Shown here: positions 12,265-23,790 of the stretch, one piece after another | How positions within the stretch are numbered: the stretch's first letter is position 1 | How the letters are laid out: every line of letters starts with the position of its first letter | Assembly: GCA_013265495.1 (NCBI GenBank) | Contig: MU058017.1 | Span: 443,919-507,918, forward strand | Source of the DNA: Vicugna vicugna | Taxonomy: Eukaryota | Reading direction: 5' to 3' | Length of the DNA: 64,000 nucleotides | Made by a program: the position numbers and the translations under genes | Notes under the pieces: model-generated | Told to the model about the DNA's origin: nothing | The model's input: the letters and a program-made list of their open reading frames with translations, nothing else | Databases searched by the model: none

Positions 12265-14417
12265 AAAAGATACAGTATATGTCTGATAGAAATGTAGACC
12301 AACTTTAAAATACTACATCATTTGGAAGAAGCTCAAAAACATTTTAGGAAGTATCTGTTGTAACCCAGGCACTGTGTTGGCAATTTTCACAACAACCCTC
12401 TGAAGTAGTTTATTATTATTCTCATAATACACCCAAGAAATTGAGGCTCATTGAGATTCAGTGATTTGCCAGAAGCCACAATGATTGTAAATGAAGAGGC
12501 TGGGGTTGACTTATCAAAGGAGTCCCCAGTTGGTCCTCAGGACTGAAATCCAGATGGAAAGAATCTGATTTTTAAGACTAAGCATCTTCTACCCTAACTT
12601 TTGCTAGTCCTCACCTCCTCACATGTGGTACAGGAATAAATCAGCAGCCTGCACTGAAGACAGATCTACCAGGTCAGGAGTAGTTGGCAGCTGTGTGCAC
12701 GCCAGAAACACCAGCATGCTAAGTAGGCACAGGCAGCTTCCCCCCAGGAATTCAGAGGGGACAAGGAAGGAGGACTCTCCTCTCTTCAGTAAGCTTTGGC
12801 TTCAGACATTTAGAGAAAGCATAAGGAACATGAAAATTAGAAAACAGACTCACGCTACAATCCTAGCCACTAGCTTGCTAACGCCTTGTTCTTCATACTT
12901 GTGACTTTCACGGAAGATGAAATATTTCTTTCCTCTTCACTTCACATATGCTGAGCAGAATCCCTGAATTTTCCTGGAATTTTTATTAAGAATTCCAGAT
13001 ATTCCAGCAATGATTTTCAGACATCAAGCTTTGGCTGACAGAGAGCAGATAAATACCATGTTTGGTACAACCAACATCTGGGGATTTCTCCCTCTGCTTT
13101 CTTCTGCTTTTTCTTCCAATGAAACTGTCCCATCATTGGTTTTGATTTATTAATAATGATCAGATTTCCCTTTCCAGAAATCTCATTTGTAAGATTAAAA
13201 AAAAGAATAAAAATTGTAATGAGTAGTCATCACTGGTATTTTGATAGTTCTCTTGGTTCTTGCTTTTGAACTGTCTACTCTGTCTCTCAGGCACTTCTGT
13301 GTTGACAAAGAAAATCATGGGCATTTTAGCAGGGAATTTTTTATGTGTATCTATGTGAATTGAGTGCATTGCTAACATTGGAGAAACAACCTGAAAGGCC
13401 ACATTCAGATCTGGACTTCTCAGACTCCTTGAAGTGCTGCACAAGAAGACAGAGGCACAGGGAGATCAGCCTACCCCTGGCTCATTTGTTCCTACCTCCA
13501 GCTCGGCCATGGACCACAAGAGGTTTCATGGTCGTGCATGTGAACACCCCATCTGCACAGACAACTCCACCCACAACCCCTAATAAACAGCTGCTCCCTG
13601 GCCCCACGTTGGACCCAGAGATTCACACCCCAGGGGGACAGTCTATCTCAAGAGGCAGAACCCTGAGAAAAAGCCTGTGTAGTCACTAGAAACAGCTCAT
13701 GATCATCTGGGTAGAGAATTCTAGGGTCTCATGGACCCAGACCATGGTCTAGAAGAGTGTGGGCTCTGACAATACCATCCTTTGGCTCCTCACCCCCATG
13801 GCAGTTGGAGGAGGCACAGCTTCAAAAAGGTCAGAGCAGAGGCCCTATTTGGCCTGATCTAGGTAGTACTTGGCCTTAATGTCCCCTTAACTGTAATGGC
13901 TAAGTGAGAATTAACCTTATATTGGATACTTTTTATTCATAGCTTCCAAGTAGCAGTGAAAGTCATCTCAGCAGAATATTTGGAACTAGAGGTTCCAGTG
14001 TCATAGTTTCACATAAGGCAAGGCATCTGCCTCTCAGGATCACTGAGGATTATGCAATTGGCTCTTTGAATTGCAAGTACAGTCATCTGACTTCCCGCTC
14101 CAGGTTCCATGGTCCAAAGCCAATGAAGAAACAGAGTCTATTAAATATTTGAGAGGAGACATCATTAACAATGGATTATTATCTAAGATGGAAATAACTT
14201 TAATTAAGAGAAGCCAGTATAAGCACATATTTCATTGTCATAAACTTCCTTAGAAGATGAAACAAGCATGAGACAGAGAAATGTACTCTGGGAGGAGGGA
14301 GGAGGAGGAGGGTGGGCTCCTCAGGTTTACATTTGTTTCAGGTGAGGTAGATTGTGCTTCTCCTGCGTGAATAATGCCCACTCCTGCCTCTGTCAGTAAT
14401 GATAACACCAGTGAAAA

Positions 14418-14665
14418 CAGCTAATGCTTGCCTCTTACTTACTCTGTGCTAGACATTATTCTAAGCCCTTCATCTATATTTACTTACTTAATCTGCACAA
14501 AAGCCCTATGAGGTAGCTTTTATTATTATTCTTATTTTATAGAGGAAGAAAGTGAGGCATAAAAAGATTTTGGGAAAAAAACAAGCTTTGCCCAAGTCAC
14601 TTAGGTAATAAGATTCAGAGTTGGGATTTGAGCACAGTCAGTGTGGCAGTGGAGTCTGTGCACTG
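14418..14665 (-). mobile_element. MIR SINE
   Basis: gtgctagacattattctaagc...ttttatagaggaagaaagtgaggc...ttgcccaagtcac...gggatttgag. Confidence 0.75.
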
Positions 14666-15257
14666 GCAAAACATTTTACTGCTCCTTGGGATGGTCTAGC
14701 ACCCAGAGACCAGCCAGCTCAGCCATTGCTCGCCCGCCACGCTGCCCTGCTTCACCAAGTAATCATGCATTTGCCCCTAGTAGTTAGAGGTTCGAGCTGA
14801 AAAAGTGGTTGTCTCTTTGGCTGACCTGGGACTTTCCGTTCCTGGTGGAAACAGCCTCCCCTGGCCATCACCCACCTGAGACCAAAGAAACCATAAGAGC
14901 CCCAAATTCTCTCTACATCTAATGAGACTTTTTAAAGAGAAATTTGGTGTATTGAAAATTACTTATTCTCTTATCTTTAAGGTTCACAAAAGATTAGGGA
15001 CTATGTCTTATTTTTCTTTTATTTTCAGTTCTTATTAGAGTTCCTTACATATAAGGTGTTCAGAAATTTTTAAATAAAGTCTTGCTATATTCTTCAACAA
15101 ACCTGAGTTTTAATCTGACAGCTCAATGAATATAAGAAGTAGAATAACATTTGCCTAAAAATCCCAAATTCAATTATTGTGGGTGGGCATTGATATGAAA
15201 GCTCTATGTATGTGTGAGTCTATTCTGTATTCAACATTCCTATTCAGAGAGGTGATG

Positions 15258-15540
15258 TATGTAGTAGTTCAGTGCCTAGACCCTTGAGGCAGCCTCCCCA
15301 AGTTCAGATCCTGATCCAGCTACTTACTGACTGTGGGACTCTTTACATCGCATTTAAACTCTTTGTGCCCCAGTTTCCTCATAGGTAAATGGGAATGATT
15401 ATGGTAACACCTTGCATCTCAGGGGGAATTTTCTGCTAATTAAATAAGTTAATCAACACAAGGTAGTTAAGTGAATTAAGCAATATAAAATGTTTTCAGT
15501 ACTGCCTGGCAAATAGTACTTTCTCCACAAATGTTAGCTG
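15258..15540 (+). mobile_element. MIR SINE
   Basis: gttcagatcctgatccagctacttact...ctttgtgccccagtttcctcat...gtactgcctggcaaatagta...aaatgttagct. Confidence 0.75.
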
Positions 15541-16784
15541 TCATGCCAAAGCATCCCATAATTTAAGCACAAATATGGTTTCTTTCAGCACATGAAATAG
15601 TTGCATTTTAAAGAAATTAATAAAGTAGTTACCTATATGTTTTCTTTATGGTTATTAAGAGAATAGTTATTGTTAATAACAGTTAACAAAGTACAACCAG
15701 GAATAACAGACTATAATATGTGCCACATTTGCCACCAAGCATAGGCAACATAATGTAATGTGAAAATATGGTTCGCAGCAACATGGTCTTGGCTATCACG
15801 GAATCAGCTAACTCACTATCTTCCTCTCTCCTCTGAGGAGGCTTCACTCTTCTAATAATGTAAGGAGCAGGGGCGTCAATCTTAGCTGCGGTCAGCTACA
15901 ATTGCTCAAACTGACACCCACAAACACTGAGGGAAGGAACTGCACAGTTTCCAAGGCCCCACCCATTTAGCAGAGTGTCTAGTGGGACAGGTAGTGCAGT
16001 GGGCATTCGCAAGTGTGTGGTTGTTCATTTCCATGGCAATGAAGCCAGAGGAAATTGCAGCCAGACTGTGATACTCAAGATATTCCAGAGCATACACACC
16101 AGTGTAAATCCTTTTTGGAGCTGTGATTTCTTCCTTCATGGTCTTAACCTTTGTTGTATAAACCCTTCCCAGCCTCCTCACTAGGCCATCCTTCACGGTG
16201 GCGCTTGGAGCACTCACGGTGCTACTTCTAGTTACTGCTACTTCATTGGCACGTGGTTTTTCTTATCATAATATCATTAGCATAAGGCAGGGGTGAAATG
16301 CTCAGAGTAATGTTCAGTTGGTCCTTTGACTCCTTTTGGTCATATCCATGTTCTTGGCTCCCAGTCTAAGAACGTTAACATTTCATAGTTTCCTCCTATT
16401 TCTTTTGTATATTTCTCCATATGGTCTCATTGGCCAGTTACAGTTTTTCTTTAATTGACTGACATCTCACTTTATGTCTCTTCAATAAACACAACATCCT
16501 CAATCCAACACAAGAGATTTCCCTTCTAAGAGAAGAAACGTCAAAATTACATTTTTATTACAGAAAAGTGTTCCAAATATCATTCAATACAAGCATGTAT
16601 AAATATCAGATGCTAGCTCAACAAACCCAGGGCAGAGTACTTCTTTTAAGGATGATTTTGTTTATGGATGTGCCTAAGGTACCAGAATTGGTTGGTAAAA
16701 GATAACATTAATAGCCTCTTGGATCCTGGAATGAAAGTAATATCAAGAATGCAAAGCTGTATAATGCTTACCATAATAGCTACC

Positions 16785-16965
16785 CTCTCTGGAATTTCTG
16801 CTATTTGCCAAGTCACTATCAAACATTTATTATCAAATATGATTCCAATAAGAATCATTATTCCCATTTTCCAGGCTAAGAAATGGAGGTTCCTAAGGTT
16901 ACACAGCTGGTAAGTGGCAGAGCCAGGATCCAAATCCAAGTGGCTTAGACTCCCCAGCCCGCAGG
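16785..16965 (-). mobile_element. MIR SINE
   Basis: attattcccattttccagg...cctaaggttacacagctggtaagtggcagagccaggatccaaatcc. Confidence 0.75.
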
Positions 16966-18747
16966 CTCTCTCTTCCTTGAAGACCCCTCTAGTTCATGGC
17001 CCCCGGTCACTGCAGCACATATGGAAATGAAGAACTGAAACTCTAACAGCTCAACCAATCCATGCATTCAAGACTGAGAAGCAAATTATCACTAGAATTA
17101 ACCAGGAAATGGAAACTAAAACTTACATTTCTGGTTCATTGTACAATCCATCAACAATACTTTATTTTCCCCCAGTGCTTTCCTTGAGAGAGAAGGTAAT
17201 AAATTGTGAGTATGGTGTACTAAAATTAATATTCACCATAATAACTGGACTTGACTTTCAGAAGCCAGTGTTACTGATAGTTAAAGATAATGTCCTCATG
17301 GGGAGGGAGACTCTCTTATGCTATCACATTGCACATTTGTGCAAAGCATTAACTTTTCTAACTTCTCCCATTTTTTTGTGTGTACTAGCTCAGCAGTCAG
17401 TGTAGCTCCCTGACAACTTCAAAGAGATGGTGCCTCCTACAAGCCTAAAATAAGCCATGGTCCATCTTTTCCCTCTGGGTTTTATCCCACAACTCAGAAC
17501 TGACACCATTTACATCACAACCCCACTCCCTTTAGAAATTTCTACCTCTGGTGATTTGAGATCTTACCTATTTCACCACAGTTTATTAATCCTGGAGCTC
17601 CTCAGACACAAGGTTTTCATTTAATATTTCACTTTGGCACGAAGACATTTTAAAGTTTCTCCAGCCCAAAACTTGGAAAAGAGCTAAGGAAAAGTAGCCA
17701 GGAGAACTCTACAACAATATTTTTTAAACCTTCATATGTCCAGATTTAAAAATAAATACATTTATCTTTTCTTCAGGAACAGCAATAACTCTGCACTGAT
17801 ATGATTTTTAATAATGCTCTTGGTAACAGCTGGTGGACCCAACATGTTTTTGGGGGGAAAAAAGAGAGAGAGAAAAAGAAGAAAAGAAACCTCAAATACC
17901 TCCCATTTACCCATGATGACCTGGCTCAGGCCTTGAGAGGGTTAGGAGTGTTTCTTTCATAAAGTCACATCTCATTAGGATGAACGTTTGCTCCAACCCA
18001 ATATATTGCAGCCCATCATCACCGTTTCAGTTGATTATCAAAAAGCAGATCAAGATGTAATGCATCCTGCCACTGGGTCTCTGAATCACAATGTGCAGAC
18101 AAAGCCTGTAAGTCTGCAATAGTACAGAAGACAAAGCAGATGTCCCAAAATCAAGGAGTGAGAAGTAAAGATAACATTAATGATCCTAAGAAGACATACA
18201 TCTCAGAATCAGTTAGCATAAGAAACCAACACTTGAAGAAGAATTTCAAATTCCAGGATCTATGAAAGGAATGTTGCCCCGGTCTCCTTTAGTCTGTGAT
18301 AGAAGGAGATTGTCATCAATTGTAAAATACAATGGAAACTCATCTGCACGTAACTAAAATTTGCCTGAAATTGGCACATAACTAATGTCATCTCAAAGGA
18401 GATTAACTCTGATTAAGTCTTTCAAATAGTTGAAAATTTTACTTTGCTCAAACTGAAAAAGTAATTGGTGACATTAAGGTAAATTAGTAACAGAGTTGCA
18501 AGGGCAACCTAGAAGTTCCTTTTAGCCAAAAAGTTTTACATTCCTGGTTATGAGAACCCCACAAACCCAAACTCAAGGGAGCTAAGCAACTCCAAAAGAG
18601 ACTTCTTACTAGTTGTCCCCACAATTAATCACCAAACCACCTGGTCTGATTCCATGTGCTCTAAAATGGTCACGTGACTCTCACAGCTTGTCCTTGGCTG
18701 ATCGCAGAGTGAGACCTTCAGGGGTGTGGGCAGCAGCACACCAAAGG

Positions 18748-18990
18748 CTGACATTTACGAATCCCTAGCTCCAGGCACTGTTCAGAGCTCTGTATGTGGG
18801 AAAATTTTATCTACTCTTCACCACACCCAAGTGAATACATAACACAAGTTACCATCATTTTTTATGGGTCAAGAGTGTGAGGTGCAGAGAGGTAAGTAAC
18901 TTGCCCAACGTCACACAGATGGTGCATGGCAGAGGCAGTACTTAAACCTAAGCGTCTGGTTTAGATCCTAGACATGTAACCACCCTGCTG
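18748..18990 (-). mobile_element. MIR SINE
   Basis: ccaggcactgttc...gaggtgcagagaggtaagtaacttgcccaacgtcacacag...ggcagaggcag. Confidence 0.75.
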
Positions 18991-20184
18991 TGCTGTGTCT
19001 CGCACCTACCATCTTGCAGGCCACCTACCAATCAGCCTTCCCTGTAACCTGCCTTCAGAATACCTGATTTGAAATGTTAGGGAGACCCGGCTTGGTACAG
19101 CCCTCAGACCACCGCTCTTTCCCATCTCATTGCCAAGAGCCTTCCCCTGACCCACGTCGTCCCCTCCCTGAGGGGTCACACTCTCAGAAACTGTCCATCT
19201 GCCCAGCCCTCCATTCCAACCTGTACTTTCTCATAGGATAATGCCTTCTATCAGAGTATAGGCAAAAATTCATCTTACCAAAATTATTAACACAATGTGT
19301 GAGTGACTTAATAGGATAACTCTATCTGAGAGTATTTGCGTTTCAGAAGAGGACTTTATTAACCCCAATGAATCATACAAGAGGGGATTTTGTTGTTATT
19401 TGATTGTTTTTGTGGTGCCCGTGGTACAAAGAGCAAAGCATTTGGAGTAAGAAAGACGTTGAAATCCTAGTTCTGCCAACATCACTTATGTAAAGCTAGG
19501 CAAGTAACTCAATATTCTGAATCTGGCTCCTCATCTACTTTAAAAAGTAAAAGGCAGTACATCTTCACAGTAGTCTTGTCACAATTAGGTCAGATGATAT
19601 CTGTCTAGCACCTGACATGCTGCCTCGTGCATGGCGGGCATCGGTAAATGTCAGTCCTTAGCCTCTTCTTGCAGCACTTCCCAGAACAGAGAACCCCTGC
19701 CATCACTTTGTCAGGGCAGCTGGACTGACAAGGCTTCCTGGCAAGGGCAGACATCCTGCTACCCGCCACCTTAGCAGCCTTCCCTCCACTCACAAGCTCC
19801 CTGGAAGAGGAGAATGAATCAGCAGGGACTTTGGAAAGCTGTGAGACTGCAGCTTCACTGGACACCCATGTCCATGAGGCTGGCATTATGTTGGATTATA
19901 TGCCAACATGGCATAGCCTGTTATTTAAAGATATCCATCAACATTGCATGCAAACTCAGAATTCACAAACTACTATGTGCCAAATGTTGTGCTAAGCCCT
20001 AGGGAATGCAGGAATTAAAGTAGCCAATGTACTACCATGTGCTACCTGATTGCAGAGGTGACAACAAAAAAGAAAACAGCAAAGTGCTTCTCCCCTAGAG
20101 GTGAACACATGCAGGCACGCATGCTCACAAGAGCCAGAACCATACCCAAGAACAATGGCCACCATCCATGGTTTCACCGATTCA

Positions 20185-20750
20185 GTTAGTCATTCTCCAA
20201 ATTTTTATTGAGCATAAACTATGTGTCAGCCACTAAGGAAACAATACATTGAATGAGACAGTCTAGGTTCCTTCTCTCACAGAGTTTACAGACATAGCAG
20301 AAGATATAGACAATGAATAAAAGAAATAAGCAAGATAATTTCAGCTACTGAGAAATGTTGTGAAGGAGGCAACGTGACAGAGGAAGACCAGATTTGAACA
20401 TTGCCTCTGCCAGAGTGGTCAGGGAAAGCTTTCCTGAGAGAATGGCATTTAGCCAAGACTTGAATGACATGGAAAGGAGTTAGCCATGTGCAGAGCTGGG
20501 GGAGAACGTTCAGGCAGAAACAACAGCTTGTGCAAAGGCCCTGGCAGCAGCCAATGAGTGAATTCAGTGAACAGAGAAGGTCAGTATGGGTGGCCCTTAA
20601 TCAACAAGTAGAGGTGGAATGAGGGATGGGCAGCTGCCAGGTGAGATCAAGATCTGAAAGCAGTGTAGGGAGTTTGGATTTTATGCAAAGAACAATAGGA
20701 AGACATTGGCAGCTTTTCAACAGAAGAGTGCTATGCTCTGATCTACATTT
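20185..20750 (-). mobile_element. L2 LINE fragment
   Basis: tttattgagca...atgtgtcagccact...gtggtcagggaaagc...tgcaaaggccctgg...ggagtttggatttt matches the reverse of the L2 3' region. Confidence 0.7.
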
Positions 20751-21141
20751 TTTTCAGTGATAACATTTATATAATCACACTCTCATAAGGTTTAACGGAT
20801 TCAAATGGACAATTTTTTTTTATCACATATACATACAATGATTATCAATTTTAAAATAATTATAACATAACACTAATTCTAACTAGAAGTGTAGTTTCAG
20901 CATTACTAAGTTAAATGTAATGATTCAGAAGTCATTTGGGAACATTCAGTAGCTCAGGGGTCCTTAATGACCATCATTACCCACATGAGTTCAAAAAAGG
21001 TACCCTTAATAAATTCTGAATGAATAGATACCAGGCAAAGTAAACTCATTCAAAATTAATACTCCTCCAGCCTAGCGTGCATTCTACAAAACAGGCATGT
21101 TTGAGCTATAACCTTCCTAGCTCATCAAGCTGGATTTGTGA

Positions 21142-21498
21142 TTTACGTTAATCCTGCACAGCTGAGAGTAAGACAGAGCCTCTTCTGAGGAGGAGCCTGG
21201 TGTCAGGGCTGGGCACTGGATTTATTATTCCTCCAAGTTAACACCTGTTTTTACTTTATTTTTGTTTGTTTTTTCCATGTGTTTATTTCCTAATTTATTT
21301 ACTTTTTTCTCTTTTTTTAATTAAGGAGCAAAGCTTTCTATTCTGTAATTTAAAAACTAAAAAAAATTACTGAAGAACTTTGGGGGGAATTTTGTACTTT
21401 TTTTCTGTGTAATGTTAGACTTTTTTGAGCTTTATTGTGGTTGTTAATTTGAAGTAATAAAGTAGAAAAGGATAAAGTTTAAAAAATAAAAAAATAAA
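21142..21498 (+). pseudogene. Putative 5'-truncated retrocopy of an unidentified mRNA 3' UTR
   Basis: U-rich UTR-like sequence with three TGTA motifs, AATAAA at 21456-21461 and an A-tail at 21481-21498. Candidate TSD tggatttgtga (21131) / tggattcatga (21499). Confidence 0.55.
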
Positions 21499-21914
21499 TG
21501 GATTCATGAATGGCTTCCGTTCATGAATCCCAGCATGCTAACAGGGAAGATGCTAATGGACCCAAAGTGTGGCATTTGGCTGGTGCTCAAGGGATCTTAG
21601 CTTGTCCCCATTTCCGGGAAAGAGGTGCCCATCTGGTGTGATCCAAGAGGCATAAAGAGGCCACTTTCCTGCAAAGATCCTCCTAGTGACCCTCAAGCTC
21701 CTGGACCTCCTCACCACAAATTCTCCTTGAGGTGGTGGAACTCTGTTAAAAGACAAATACCTTATCCTGAAGGCGTAACCCAATGATACCGTTGTCAGTC
21801 AATGCTACAACGCTGGTTTCTTAAATTACCTGGTTGTTGCCTAGCAGAGTCTATCTGCATTTTTTTAAGTCAGAGGAGAAGTTTGGGAAGTCCAAAATGT
21901 GGCTTTAATAGGAG

Positions 21915-22842
21915 TACATTGGTAAATAAACTGTAATACAACTCAACAATGGGATATTCAGCACTAAAAAGAAATATGCTATCAGCCTTATTTACAAAAA
22001 CCAAGATACAGAAGCAACCTATGCCCATCAACAGATGAATAAATGGAAAAAAAAGATGAGGTGTGTATAGATATAGATACAGATATACAATTGAATATTA
22101 CTTAGCCATAAAAAAAAGAATGAAATTTTGCCCTTTGCAGCAACATGGATGGACCTGAAGGGTATTATTCTTCATGAAAAAAAGTCAGATAGAGAAAGAC
22201 AAACACTGTATGTTATCACTTAAATGTTGAATCTAAAGAATAAATCAAATGAATAAAGATAATAGACTCTCAGGCACGGAGAACAAACTAGTGGTTACCA
22301 GTGGGAAAGGGATGAGGGAGGGGGAGCTAGGGGGAGGGGATTAAGGCGTACAAACTACTATGTATAAAATAAGAGACAAGAATCTATTGAACAGCACATG
22401 TAATATAGCCAATGTTTTGTAACTTTAAATGGAGTATAATCTATAAAACGATTGAATCACTATATTATACACCTAAAACTAACATAACATTGAAAATTAA
22501 CTATATTTTGATTTTTAAAATTTGCTATCAAGCCATGAAAAGACATGGAGGAAACTTAAATGCATATTACTAAATGAAAAAACCCAATCTGAAGAGACTA
22601 CATACTATGTGATTCCAACATTCTGGAAAAGGCGAAACTATCGAAACAGTAAAAAGATCAGAGGTTGCCAGGGATTGAGGGGAGAGGGATGAATAGGTGG
22701 AATGCTGAGCATTTTTAGCAGATAATTATTAAAACAGTAAAACTATTCTGTAGGATACTATAATGGTGGATACATGTCATTACGCATTTCTCAAAACCCA
22801 TAGAATGTACAACACCAAAAGTGAACTGTAAGGTAAATGGGA
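21915..22842 (+). mobile_element. Older L1 (L1MC-like) 3' fragment interrupted by a younger L1 (L1MA-like) 3' fragment at 21988-22517
   Basis: Host consensus ...aaagaaat-gctatcaagccatgaaaagacatggagg... is split. Inner element is flanked by aaatatgctatcagcc (21972-21987) / aaatttgctatcaagcc (22518-22534). Confidence 0.8.
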
Positions 22843-23745
22843 TTATGTTTTTTTTAAGTAGAGAAGAAGGTTTAGGTGGAGGATCTCAGTGAACAATCCT
22901 GGGCAGGAGGGTGATGGTGCCAAGAGGATCCAGGGGTCACTGGAGGGGAGAGGGGACCACTGGACACACTCCCTGTGACTCCGCCTGGGCATTTGCTCTG
23001 TGTGGAGGAGGGCTTGGGGCTGTAAAGAGTAGTGTTGCCAGGCTTCCTGGCAGTATTTGCACTGGTGGAAACAAACAGCCAAACAACAGTGATCGCAGGG
23101 GCACTTCACTTAGTTGAATTGCCTTCCTGAGACATTGATGCCATAGATTCTTCTAGTGGCTTTAATCCAGAATATCCCTGAAGAGTGAGATAAACCATCA
23201 GATTCAAATCCTACTGTGCTCCCTACTAAAGTGCTAGATATCGAGCAAGTTATTTAAACTCTTTGGGCCCTCATTTCCATATCTGCAGAATGAATATTAT
23301 AGCATCTGCCTGCCAGAATTGTCAGGATTGCATTGCATGAGAAAATTTATTTAAAGCCCTGAGCACAGAGTCTGGCAATTGGTAAATATTTATTCAAGGC
23401 CTGTTACACTTAATATTGCTATTACTAATAGAGTTAGCAGTGTCTAAAACATTCTCAGCCCTTACAAAATATGTGTTCAATGAATTAATAACAAGACTTC
23501 AACTGACCCCTGGTAGTGCCAGTGTCGGGGTAAAGAGTAATGTCTGGTTTCCATACCACAGTGAGCAGGCTATTCCAGATGTTAAGGTCAATGGCAGCCA
23601 GCAGGGAGTCCAACCCTCCTCTAACAGGATTCTTCTGCACTTCGATATCATCTTTCTGCTCAGATTGTTGTCAACACCTAATGATTCACGACTCTGACAG
23701 GACACGAAATAAAATTCAGGCTGTTATAACTTCTAGTCACAAACG

Positions 23746-23790
23746 ATCTTTATTTTGAAAATCTTTATTTTAAAAATCTTTATTTTAAAA
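23746..23790. repeat. 15-bp tandem repeat x3 (atctttattttaaaa)
   Basis: Three copies with one mismatch, directly visible. Confidence 0.9.

Noticed and set aside
15906..16217. 103-aa minus ORF with VYALEYLEY, faintly like histone H2A VY...LEY
   Set aside because: Similarity limited to a few residues; no other H2A motifs, poly(A) tail or TSD.
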